DNA of 62,618 nucleotides from a virus (lineage: Duplodnaviria; Caudoviricetes). The notes beneath the pieces are model-generated. The model did no database searches, was not told the DNA's origin, and saw nothing but the letters and a program-made list of their open reading frames with translations. Shown here one piece after another: positions 1 to 8,444 of this stretch. Location: positions 1 to 62,618 of IMG/VR virus record IMGVR_UViG_3300025151_000036. The stretch is one strand, 5' to 3'. The stretch's first letter is position 1. The number at the start of each line of letters is the position of its first letter. The position numbers and the translations under genes were made by a program.

Positions 1-21
1 TGCGTCTAAATTAATTGCCAT
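1..21 (-). CDS. 5' end of a gene running off the window (MAINLDA...), possibly a gp32-like ssDNA-binding protein
   Basis: ATG at 21 with AAGGA upstream and a promoter at 62-93; only 7 codons visible, so the product call is a weak recollection of similar N-termini. Confidence 0.3.
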
Positions 22-61
22 TTTTTTCCTTTTTTAATTATTAATGGTTATTTATTATTTG

Positions 62-93
62 TTAATATAAGAAACTTATTTCACTCTACCAAA
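62..93 (-). promoter_or_regulatory. Class I (putative early/host-sigma) promoter TTTG-N20-TATATTAA with TGAAA box
   Basis: Same layout as 387-418 and 4104-4135; resembles Bacteroidota -33 TTTG / -7 TAnnTTTG. Confidence 0.65.
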
Positions 94-139
94 GGTTTTA
101 TAAAAAAAGTTTCAAAAAAGTTTATTTGTTAATTGTTAA

Positions 140-373
140 TTAAGCTATTGTCCACTGAGTAACACCTTCTACAATGTTAACGGCGGAAACTCTCCATGGA
201 ACTTGTATATTTTTTAAATATTCATTTGCTTGTTCTACCGTCGTACTAGTTAAAAAATCTGTTATAATTGTTTCTGGATATCCAAACCATAGATCCCAAT
301 TTTTTTGTACTTGATTTTCTGTGATTATTTGACCACTTTTAAATAATGAATAATTTGCTGAAAATACTTGCAT
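140..373 (-). CDS. hypothetical protein (77 aa)
   Basis: ORF on the coding strand with its own class I promoter. Confidence 0.7.
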   Translation of the reverse strand: MQVFSANYSLFKSGQIITENQVQKNWDLWFGYPETIITDFLTSTTVEQANEYLKNIQVPWRVSAVNIVEGVTQWTIA

Positions 374-386
374 AACTTTCTTTTTT

Positions 387-418
387 TAAATATAATGAAT
401 ATTTTTCAATTATCCTAA
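387..418 (-). promoter_or_regulatory. Class I promoter TTAG-N20-TATATTTA with TGAAA box
   Basis: Positionally conserved with the two other copies. Confidence 0.6.
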
Positions 419-422
419 TCGT

Positions 423-740
423 TTACTTTGATGTTTCTACAAATTCAACATCATCATACTTAACCTCTACACTTTCACCGTCATCTGTAAGACCAAAAAA
501 GGATTCTGAGTCATTTGGATCAAATCCAGTAAGTTCTAATGAGACAAAAAATCCACTTTCAACTATTTTTTCTCCTCCAACAAAAGCTAAGGCACTATCA
601 TCTTTACGAGCAATGTCTGATAAGGTTTTATAATCGAATGGTCCATCAACTCGGCCTTCATTAATTAGGCTCACATCATTAGACATTGGCCGGCCTTTAA
701 ATAGTCTTGCATACTGTTCTTTTAATAAATTTTTTTTCAT
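423..740 (-). CDS. small acidic protein, candidate internal head protein
   Basis: N-terminus MKKNLLKE and a second LINE site resemble T4 prohead-protease L/I-x-E sites; start overlaps the upstream stop. Confidence 0.6.
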   Translation of the reverse strand: MKKNLLKEQYARLFKGRPMSNDVSLINEGRVDGPFDYKTLSDIARKDDSALAFVGGEKIVESGFFVSLELTGFDPNDSESFFGLTDDGESVEVKYDDVEFVETSK

Positions 741-1006
741 TATCTGTATTGCCCTGTTTTAATTGCCTTTATCTGTTGCATCATACCAGCTTTATCATCT
801 CCTAAATCGTAAAGGAATTCTTTGACTTCATCGTTATATGCAGCGAATGGTCGTTCAGCTTCTGAATCTATGTTCATGCGTATAAAGTTGCCATACTCTT
901 GTTTGTCCATATCCATTACCATGTCTTCTAATTGCACACTCATGGCAAATAACGGATCTGCTGAAAGCGGATTATTTTCTTTTAATAGCGATTTTAATCG
1001 TATCAT
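740..1006 (-). CDS. small protein, candidate internal head protein
   Basis: N-terminus MIRLKSLLKE; class II motif upstream. Confidence 0.6.
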   Translation of the reverse strand: MIRLKSLLKENNPLSADPLFAMSVQLEDMVMDMDKQEYGNFIRMNIDSEAERPFAAYNDEVKEFLYDLGDDKAGMMQQIKAIKTGQYR

Positions 1007-1022
1007 AATTGTTCCAATTTAA

Positions 1023-1031
1023 TATAAATAT
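1023..1031 (-). promoter_or_regulatory. Class II (putative late) motif ATATTTATA
   Basis: One of 13 copies lying 4-31 nt upstream of start codons. Confidence 0.65.
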
Positions 1032-1034
1032 GCG

Positions 1035-1421
1035 TTATAAATCAATTCTTTTGTATAAATTTAAATGTATATGCCGCACATCATTACCATCATTTAACAT
1101 TAATGAATTTTCATACACTGGCCAATTAATGATAAACTTTTTATCTAATATACCATTATTAGATTTTTTAATAATTGCATTCAAAGCATTTACTGTATAC
1201 AATGTGTTAGTTTCTTTTTTTCTATGTATCATTATGGTATTTGGCGTTTTACCATAATCATCTGGTTCTACGTTATAAGTCACATATAAGTCTGCTCTAT
1301 TATCTGCATCTTCAAACACAAACAATCTCTTTTCCGAGATAATATATGATTTTGCAACATAATCTGCTACTAGCTCCAAATCTCTTTTATGTGCAAATGT
1401 GCATAATAATTGCGTTTTCAA
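1035..1421 (-). CDS. hypothetical phage protein (128 aa)
   Basis: Tightly packed ORF (TTG start); motifs LLCTF and HRKKETNTLYTVNALN; function unknown. Confidence 0.75.
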   Translation of the reverse strand: MKTQLLCTFAHKRDLELVADYVAKSYIISEKRLFVFEDADNRADLYVTYNVEPDDYGKTPNTIMIHRKKETNTLYTVNALNAIIKKSNNGILDKKFIINWPVYENSLMLNDGNDVRHIHLNLYKRIDL

Positions 1422-1429
1422 ATTTATTC

Positions 1430-2725
1430 CTACATTGCTTTTAATTGTACACTAGTCATTGAATCTTGACTAGTTGCTTTTGGTTTAGTATTAGGCGCAC
1501 CAATATTAAATTTATCTTTAAATATATCTGCCAACTCTTCAATTGAATTATCTTTTGACATTATAAAATAATCTTTATTGTAATTTAAAACCATAAACGC
1601 ATTCCATGGTTCTGAATCAGCGTAATATTTAAATTCTATTGCAGCAAATCTTGGAAGTAGTTCTGCAATATCTAATGAACCATCTGATTTAACGCTTGGT
1701 ACAAATATTTCAGTTTCTAAATTACCTTGATAATTTTTATATAATTTACGTACTGATCTACCATAAATATCAGCTATTTCATTGGTACGTAATTTTCCTT
1801 TTTTAACCAAATCTTTAAAATAAATATCAGCCAATGAATCTTTACCAGATTTAAAATATAATTGTATTCTATTATCTGATGCCACATCTGGGAAATCTTC
1901 TGGCAGTTCTTCTCCGTATGCAGCTTCTATAGCTTCAAATACTGTTAAAGCTACATCATATCCAGAGCCATATCCAGATTGACCTCGCATCCTAAATCCA
2001 GAAGATTTTGTTTGAGTAGCTTTTAATTCTATTTCTATTCCATCTGCGCCTACATCGCCTTTACTAGGAACGTGGCCACCTTTAAGTATAATACGTAACA
2101 TATTTTCGCCGGCACCGACATTTACACCGCCAATTGCTGGTCTATAGTTATAAAGCCATTCAGAATATTCTTTTGAAAATCCAATTTTATCAATTGCAGC
2201 TTGTAAATTACCTTCTAATCCTAGAGCATCAAAATCAATACCAGATACATCGCCTGTAACTAAATCTTGTAATTGTTTATAACTATCCATTTCAACCGCT
2301 TTATCAAACATTGCTTTTGCAGATGGTGAATCAAAATTACGTGATTCTAAACTTTTTATTGCACTTGTTTCTGATGTCGAACTGTCAATTAATCTAGAAA
2401 GATATGCTATAAGTTTATCTGGTAATGGTGTTTCTTTTATAACTGCTATAAGATCATCTTTTGTATATCCTTCCATTAGCAATTCATCAGTTGTTTGAAT
2501 TGTTTCTATAATCGATTCATTTGCCTCATCGTCAATGTCAACAGGTTTAGCATCATGAAATGCTTGATCTAATTGATCTACTTCTTTTACAAATATAGAA
2601 CCATTCAATCCATTCTCTGTCAGAACTTCATGTAACACGTCCATTTCTTTTTTTGAATAAGGTGGATTAGCATATCCATTAGGAAGACGGAAAAACCATT
2701 CGCGAATTATGTCTTGTTGATTCAT
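1430..2725 (-). CDS. protein with a putative PD-(D/E)xK nuclease domain
   Basis: GAGE...KGDV...IEIELKA motif; start moved to the ATG at 2725; N-terminal IIREWFFRLPNGY segment plus several L/I-x-E sites. Confidence 0.55.
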   Translation of the reverse strand: MNQQDIIREWFFRLPNGYANPPYSKKEMDVLHEVLTENGLNGSIFVKEVDQLDQAFHDAKPVDIDDEANESIIETIQTTDELLMEGYTKDDLIAVIKETPLPDKLIAYLSRLIDSSTSETSAIKSLESRNFDSPSAKAMFDKAVEMDSYKQLQDLVTGDVSGIDFDALGLEGNLQAAIDKIGFSKEYSEWLYNYRPAIGGVNVGAGENMLRIILKGGHVPSKGDVGADGIEIELKATQTKSSGFRMRGQSGYGSGYDVALTVFEAIEAAYGEELPEDFPDVASDNRIQLYFKSGKDSLADIYFKDLVKKGKLRTNEIADIYGRSVRKLYKNYQGNLETEIFVPSVKSDGSLDIAELLPRFAAIEFKYYADSEPWNAFMVLNYNKDYFIMSKDNSIEELADIFKDKFNIGAPNTKPKATSQDSMTSVQLKAM

Positions 2726-2740
2726 AAACACTTTCTTTTA

Positions 2741-2749
2741 AATAAATAT
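2741..2749 (-). promoter_or_regulatory. Class II motif ATATTTATT
   Basis: Variant copy 15 nt upstream of ATG 2725. Confidence 0.6.
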
Positions 2750-4098
2750 TAAACAATTTTAGAAGTCATGTCTGACATGGCATGGTAATTTACACCAGCT
2801 TTAATTTTAACCGGGAATTTACCAGCTTTGCTCATTACGGTACGTAACTTTATTAATAAATCTTTACCATCTGATACGTCATAGTCAAATAATAACGAAT
2901 CATAAGTATATAAAATTAATTTTGTGTTATATTCTGTCAATAATTCATTCACATCATTAATCACTGATAAATTATATTCTGTTTCAGATGCTTGAAGCAT
3001 ATAGTTAAATAATTTATTAGGATTCATTTCATGTAAATGCTTTTTATATAGAGGTCGTTTCATTAACGGAGTTTTAATATAACCTTTCGTTTTAAATATT
3101 TTCCATAAGAACTCTATAAACTGCTTTGTTTTTCCGAAAAACGGTACTTTTGCAAAGTCTTTGTCAATACCTCCATATAATAATCGAAATGTAATTTTTT
3201 TAGAGTCTTCATATTCTTGTTCTGATATATCTTCCTTACCAAAATATTGTCGTGCAAAATATTCATGAATAGAACCATCTGGTAAATTATATCCTATGAT
3301 ATCAGCAATAAGTCTAGGGTGATATGCATCAAAGTCCATTTCAATCAACATACCACGTTCCCATCGGCTTACAAATGATTCGCGGCAGCCATCATCTTTA
3401 TTCAATGCAGCATAATTTACTCCACCAAATTTATTGGATGGTCTACCAGTAGTGGTCCATATATTATATTCTGATTGCGCTTTATTATATTTTATACCAT
3501 TTGCTTTAAAATGATTCACAAATTTTCCATAATCTACTTGTAATCCAGATCTTTCAATTGATGCAAAATTATCTGTTACTACCTGTTCATATTCTTCAAA
3601 ATCTTTTGTCTTTTCAAATGTATTATATGATTTCATAAACTCTTCACGCATTGCAATGCACCGTTCTATATGACATGTCATTGGTAACCAATCATATGTA
3701 TTAGTTTCATTATGCCACCACCGGTTCCAAACATCATGAGCAACCGTATTTGTTTCATTTAATGGTAACATTCGATGAGTTTGCCACCATTCTACCATAT
3801 CAGCGTCATAACACTTTATACCGGTAAAATTAACAAACCGTTTTTTAGCTAAAACATAGATATCATGGAGACTAGTAAGGTCTTGTAAACGTTCGATATT
3901 GAGGTTTAAACAATCTGTATGATGGAAAGGAACGATATAATCAACATCATTTACAATTGAATAAATGTATATAAAACATATACGAGTATTTGTATAATGC
4001 TGAAAAGGATCTGAATATATTGGTATCCAGAATGATGCCCCGGCTTTAAGCGATATTAATACTTGTTGTAACTCTATTTCGTCTTCAATTATTTGCAT
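2749..4098 (-). CDS. polA: family A DNA polymerase, shortened (thumb largely missing, degenerate exonuclease domain)
   Basis: TTTGRPS, motif A MDFDAYHPRL, motif B KKITFRLLYG, motif C YTYDSLL; start at ATG 4098 because the annotated TTG lies inside the promoter. Confidence 0.85.
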   Translation of the reverse strand: MQIIEDEIELQQVLISLKAGASFWIPIYSDPFQHYTNTRICFIYIYSIVNDVDYIVPFHHTDCLNLNIERLQDLTSLHDIYVLAKKRFVNFTGIKCYDADMVEWWQTHRMLPLNETNTVAHDVWNRWWHNETNTYDWLPMTCHIERCIAMREEFMKSYNTFEKTKDFEEYEQVVTDNFASIERSGLQVDYGKFVNHFKANGIKYNKAQSEYNIWTTTGRPSNKFGGVNYAALNKDDGCRESFVSRWERGMLIEMDFDAYHPRLIADIIGYNLPDGSIHEYFARQYFGKEDISEQEYEDSKKITFRLLYGGIDKDFAKVPFFGKTKQFIEFLWKIFKTKGYIKTPLMKRPLYKKHLHEMNPNKLFNYMLQASETEYNLSVINDVNELLTEYNTKLILYTYDSLLFDYDVSDGKDLLIKLRTVMSKAGKFPVKIKAGVNYHAMSDMTSKIV

Positions 4099-4103
4099 GT
4101 ATA

Positions 4104-4135
4104 GCAATATAAGAAAAATATTTCATATTACCAAA
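4104..4135 (-). promoter_or_regulatory. Class I promoter TTTG-N20-TATATTGC with TGAAA box
   Basis: Fills the intergenic gap upstream of polA; matches 62-93. Confidence 0.65.
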
Positions 4136-4140
4136 TAGAA

Positions 4141-4698
4141 TTACTTATAAAATTCTAACAGATCTGTTAAATATTCAAATACCTGCGTATTTGATAACGC
4201 CGTTATAGCTCGTTGATTTGCATTACGCACTTCTTCTACCGGACCGGTTATGGTCCATATTATAGATATTTTTTGATATAATCCACCATCTATACCACGA
4301 TTATTTTCATTGTTAACATTATCAAATGATTCTTTATTTATTTCAATTATTTGATCCAAATTATTCTTTTGTTGAACAAAATATCTAGTAAAATTAGCTA
4401 ATTTATAATCTGCATCTGATAATATAGGAAAATAATATTCAGGTTGCGTATAATTATTAAATCGTGTGCCAGTTAACTGATAATATACAGATGTATTCTC
4501 CGATGTTGATATATCTAAATATTGTGTTAATTCTATACTACGTTCATTTGGACTGGACTCGGAGTATATAGAGCCATTAGGAAATCGATGATATAATCCA
4601 ATATATTCTCGAGCAGTTAACAATCCCATCAACTCTTTACCAGAAGTATATAATCCCTTTTCAATTTTTTCTGTAGGTGTATAAATAGGTAATGCCAT
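4141..4698 (-). CDS. hypothetical protein of the baseplate operon (185 aa)
   Basis: Translationally coupled (TAATG) to the upstream baseplate gene. Confidence 0.7.
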   Translation of the reverse strand: MALPIYTPTEKIEKGLYTSGKELMGLLTAREYIGLYHRFPNGSIYSESSPNERSIELTQYLDISTSENTSVYYQLTGTRFNNYTQPEYYFPILSDADYKLANFTRYFVQQKNNLDQIIEINKESFDNVNNENNRGIDGGLYQKISIIWTITGPVEEVRNANQRAITALSNTQVFEYLTDLLEFYK

Positions 4699-6701
4699 TA
4701 ATCATCCTTTACTATTCGTGATACAGCTGTTAGATCAGTTTGCCAATCATTTTCTTTAATTGTATGTGTATATTTTGTCACTGTAAATACAACACGTGCG
4801 CCTCGAGGTAATCTATACCGTTCTGGCAAATAATCTGAGGTTATAGTGTCACCAAAATGAAATCCTTCAATTCCATCTAATGCAATTTCTACTGATAATG
4901 GATATGGAACTGGTTCTATAAATTTATTTCGTTCAGCTAAACCATCTGGTTCTAATGTTTCTACTAATTGTTTAATTACGCCTTTTGCTGCGGTTGTTGC
5001 ATCTGCTGAAAAGGATGTATCGTTAATTTTACTACGAGCGTCAGTTGATGCTGCTCTAACACGTGGTAAATCTTTGGTATATTGGTCAATTGCTGCATTT
5101 AAAGCCGCTTCATTTTCTGCAATAATATTTGTAGCTGTACGCGTTACATTAGGCGCACCACCAAATGCTTCGGCTTGAATATCTTTTGGTACTTGTGCAG
5201 ATAATTTTAAATCTCGTACTCCGTTAACTCCCCTTGCCGGTGATAATACTAATGGCTCTACTGTATCTTTAACGGGTGATTTTTTATTAACAATCCAAAT
5301 AGTCCCATCTGTATCGGATTCGTTTATTTCTAAAGATAAATTCCAATCACCTCCAGAATTATCACGTATTTTGGCAAATATTTTTCCAAAAAAGTCAATT
5401 AAATTTATCGACGAATCTGCTTTTTGTGCTTCTTCAGTAGTACTATCTTGAGCTAAAGGTTTATCACCAAATGCAGTCTGTATAGTACGTAACATGTCAC
5501 GTGATAGTAATATTCCTGCAGGTGTTCCGGTTATCATATTTCCTTCACTGGCAATACGATCGATACGAAAATCATTATATACATCACTATTGTTTGCATG
5601 AAATTTATCACAATTAATTACACCAGTAGTTTGTTGTTCAGTACTTTTTGCTACAGTCATAGATCTTTTCATTAACTGTCTTTCTTTAAAACTTATACTT
5701 GGGCTTTCATCAATAATCGCATTTACTGTTTCTGTTCTTTTTTTCATATCAGATGATGGTGGATATGCATTTTCAGGTGTTCCGTTTGCATATGGAAATA
5801 ACATTTCGAATGGAGATGGGCTCCATATACGACCAGCCGGGAACATTATATCTATTGCAGAATATCCATCATCAAATTTTATGTTATAATTGTTTTCATT
5901 ATTTGTTAAAATGAACTCATTTACAATATCAACTATCGACTGTAATGTTACATATATAATTCTATCAGATGACAGCCATCCTGTTTTTAATTTTGTAGGT
6001 GGATCATATTCATTTGGCGCAGTTAAAACTGCATAATGACCGTTAGTAGTTAATTTACCACATTCGCCATCATCTGGAGTAAATCTTTTTGAATCTAATC
6101 TTTGCAATTGAGATTGTACTTGATAATCGATATAATCAAATAAATTTTGCACATCCTGTGTTTCATTTGTATGCTCGTAATCGGTTACAAATGTTAATCC
6201 AGCCGGAAATGATTGTATACCATTAATTTCTAATCTATCAAATTCGGCTCCAGTACCTTTAGTAACTCCTTTCAATGAACATTCAAAATAATTTTCTTTA
6301 GTTATTTTAAACGAATAATCGTATACACGAAATTCATATGAACCACCTTCAGATGGTTTACTTGGCCCCACATACCCATATTTTACAGTAATTTCAGATC
6401 CAGGTATTAATAATGATTTTTCAGCAGCACTGAATGATTTTTCGTCAAAACATGTAAATGATAATTCTACTCGTCGTAATGAAGCAGCCTCTCCTTCTAA
6501 AGAAATTTTAACATCTTTAAGTACGGGCGCAGCTCGACCAGTACCTAACGGATTATATGTACTATCCATGGTCCAGGTTGGATATGGTAATTGAAAATCT
6601 TTACCTGTAACTGTTACAAATGCATTGCTACGTATACGATTAGACGTTTCAATATCTTCTTGTCTTACTTTGCTTTCTCTATAGTAAAAATTTCCAGCCA
6701 T
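4698..6701 (-). CDS. putative baseplate hub protein (gp27/P2 gpD-like)
   Basis: Follows the LysM gene; C-terminal LDGIEGFHFGD...FTVTKYTHTI...WQT pattern typical of hub proteins. Confidence 0.5.
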   Translation of the reverse strand: MAGNFYYRESKVRQEDIETSNRIRSNAFVTVTGKDFQLPYPTWTMDSTYNPLGTGRAAPVLKDVKISLEGEAASLRRVELSFTCFDEKSFSAAEKSLLIPGSEITVKYGYVGPSKPSEGGSYEFRVYDYSFKITKENYFECSLKGVTKGTGAEFDRLEINGIQSFPAGLTFVTDYEHTNETQDVQNLFDYIDYQVQSQLQRLDSKRFTPDDGECGKLTTNGHYAVLTAPNEYDPPTKLKTGWLSSDRIIYVTLQSIVDIVNEFILTNNENNYNIKFDDGYSAIDIMFPAGRIWSPSPFEMLFPYANGTPENAYPPSSDMKKRTETVNAIIDESPSISFKERQLMKRSMTVAKSTEQQTTGVINCDKFHANNSDVYNDFRIDRIASEGNMITGTPAGILLSRDMLRTIQTAFGDKPLAQDSTTEEAQKADSSINLIDFFGKIFAKIRDNSGGDWNLSLEINESDTDGTIWIVNKKSPVKDTVEPLVLSPARGVNGVRDLKLSAQVPKDIQAEAFGGAPNVTRTATNIIAENEAALNAAIDQYTKDLPRVRAASTDARSKINDTSFSADATTAAKGVIKQLVETLEPDGLAERNKFIEPVPYPLSVEIALDGIEGFHFGDTITSDYLPERYRLPRGARVVFTVTKYTHTIKENDWQTDLTAVSRIVKDD

Positions 6702-6988
6702 TATTTGTTTTCCTCAACCTCTCGCAAGCGGTCAAGCAAATCAGTAATTGGAAAAGGTATTCGTATTTGTAACCCAGCGGGTACCATCATTGTACCTTTA
6801 CCTATATTATTTGCATGTGCTAATACCCACCAATACCTTGGGTCTTTGTAAAATTCGTTTGCCAACAAGTCTAAACGATCTCCTTCGCGAGATATAATAT
6901 AAAGATCACTTTGTTGTTTTGGAAATTGCGGATATCGAGTGATATTATATTTATCGCGATCTGTTTTTGTGTATTGATATCTATCCAT
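6701..6988 (-). CDS. LysM-like baseplate protein (gp53/P2 gpX-like)
   Basis: YIISREGDRLDLLANEFYKDPRYWWVLAHAN...GLQIRIP. Confidence 0.8.
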   Translation of the reverse strand: MDRYQYTKTDRDKYNITRYPQFPKQQSDLYIISREGDRLDLLANEFYKDPRYWWVLAHANNIGKGTMMVPAGLQIRIPFPITDLLDRLREVEENK

Positions 6989-8444
6989 TTGTTATAGACC
7001 CTTCTCTATCATTATCTACAGTTCCTTCAACTAAGTCTGGAATATCATATACTGGGCTGGTAGTTTGTGGTCTATCTCCTAGGACTACACATGACATGGC
7101 AACACTTGTATACATTGGATGTTGTCGATTTTCATCAATCTCCCATGGTGTTTCATTATCCCAATCATATCCTAGATCTTGTATAATCATTGGCCGTTCA
7201 TCGAATAACTTTCCTATAGTAACATTTACCGTATTACCAAAAAATCCTTGTGAGCCATATGTTGGATGAGTTAATAAAGCTAATTTTCGTAATTTTTTCC
7301 ATATCTCTAGACCATCATTTTTATTTTCGATTACTACCATAAAATCAAATGATATGTTACGTTCAAATCCTGAATATTGATATCTTAAATCGGCTCTGCC
7401 TTGGTCTGCTGCTGAATTCCAACTTGGTGCAAAATTATCAGATAACATACCTAAATATGCTTTAAATTTTATATCAATTTCTCTAAAAGAATTACTAAAT
7501 TGAAAATCTATTAATGAATAATTTTCAGGGTTGGATATATCTTCTGTTAATCTCGTTTTATCAATTGTATCTATCAATTGTAACGTGCTATTAAAATTAC
7601 TTTTACGAGATGTTACTGCGTCATAATGCGTATTATTACCTGTTTTTCCGTCTCGTATCTCTCGGAAATCTATAATTGTAGTACTATGGTTACGTCTTGG
7701 AATCTGTCCATAAGACACAGCTTTATATTTACCTAATAATGATACTTCTTTCTTTGTCTTTTCAAATCCAGATATTTCAGGTGCAGTATTTCCTAATAAA
7801 CCCGGGTCTGATTGTAATTTAATTTCAAACTGATCTTGTAAATTTGCTTTGGTTGTATCTTCATATCTACGTATTGTGGTGGCTCCTATACCACCAACCG
7901 ATTTTGGTCCCGTAAGTCCAGATAATGTTTGAATGGCCTTACCAGGGAAATTATTAATTAAATTAGACTTAATTTGTATTTGCTCTAATGTAGCATTTTG
8001 CGGTAAAACCGAGTTGCCTATTATTAATTCGTTTGTTAATCGAATTAATCGATTATTATCTATTTGTGAATGTAATGGTGATGATTTTCGTGCTTTATGA
8101 ATTCCTTCATATGTCGAGCCAGGTGCTCGTACCACCGGTGGCATAAGACGATCAGTTCGTAAACCTAATGGAGCTCCTATTGTATTTGTGATAGGCGATA
8201 TTGGATCATATATTTTAGTTAAACCTATACCAGCTCTACCTGCAATATTTTCTGTGTTAGGATTCATTAATTGTTGAGCAAATTGCTTGGCAGTAAATAT
8301 AAGACCTTTTGGTGATAATAAGAATTTGGTTACTCGTGCAGTATCTCGAATAATTGCACGCGGAGAAGGTCGTCCAATAATTTTATCAATTTTTTGTGGA
8401 GTATCTTTGCGAGATAGATCGGATGTTAATTCAATTAATGCCAT
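6981..8444 (-). CDS. putative tail tube initiator / baseplate protein (gp48/gp54/P2 gpU-like C-terminal domain)
   Basis: Between the tape measure and LysM genes; FKAYL...WNS...GRAD..YQYSGFERNISFDF tube-fold pattern. Confidence 0.55.
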   Translation of the reverse strand: MALIELTSDLSRKDTPQKIDKIIGRPSPRAIIRDTARVTKFLLSPKGLIFTAKQFAQQLMNPNTENIAGRAGIGLTKIYDPISPITNTIGAPLGLRTDRLMPPVVRAPGSTYEGIHKARKSSPLHSQIDNNRLIRLTNELIIGNSVLPQNATLEQIQIKSNLINNFPGKAIQTLSGLTGPKSVGGIGATTIRRYEDTTKANLQDQFEIKLQSDPGLLGNTAPEISGFEKTKKEVSLLGKYKAVSYGQIPRRNHSTTIIDFREIRDGKTGNNTHYDAVTSRKSNFNSTLQLIDTIDKTRLTEDISNPENYSLIDFQFSNSFREIDIKFKAYLGMLSDNFAPSWNSAADQGRADLRYQYSGFERNISFDFMVVIENKNDGLEIWKKLRKLALLTHPTYGSQGFFGNTVNVTIGKLFDERPMIIQDLGYDWDNETPWEIDENRQHPMYTSVAMSCVVLGDRPQTTSPVYDIPDLVEGTVDNDREGSITNG

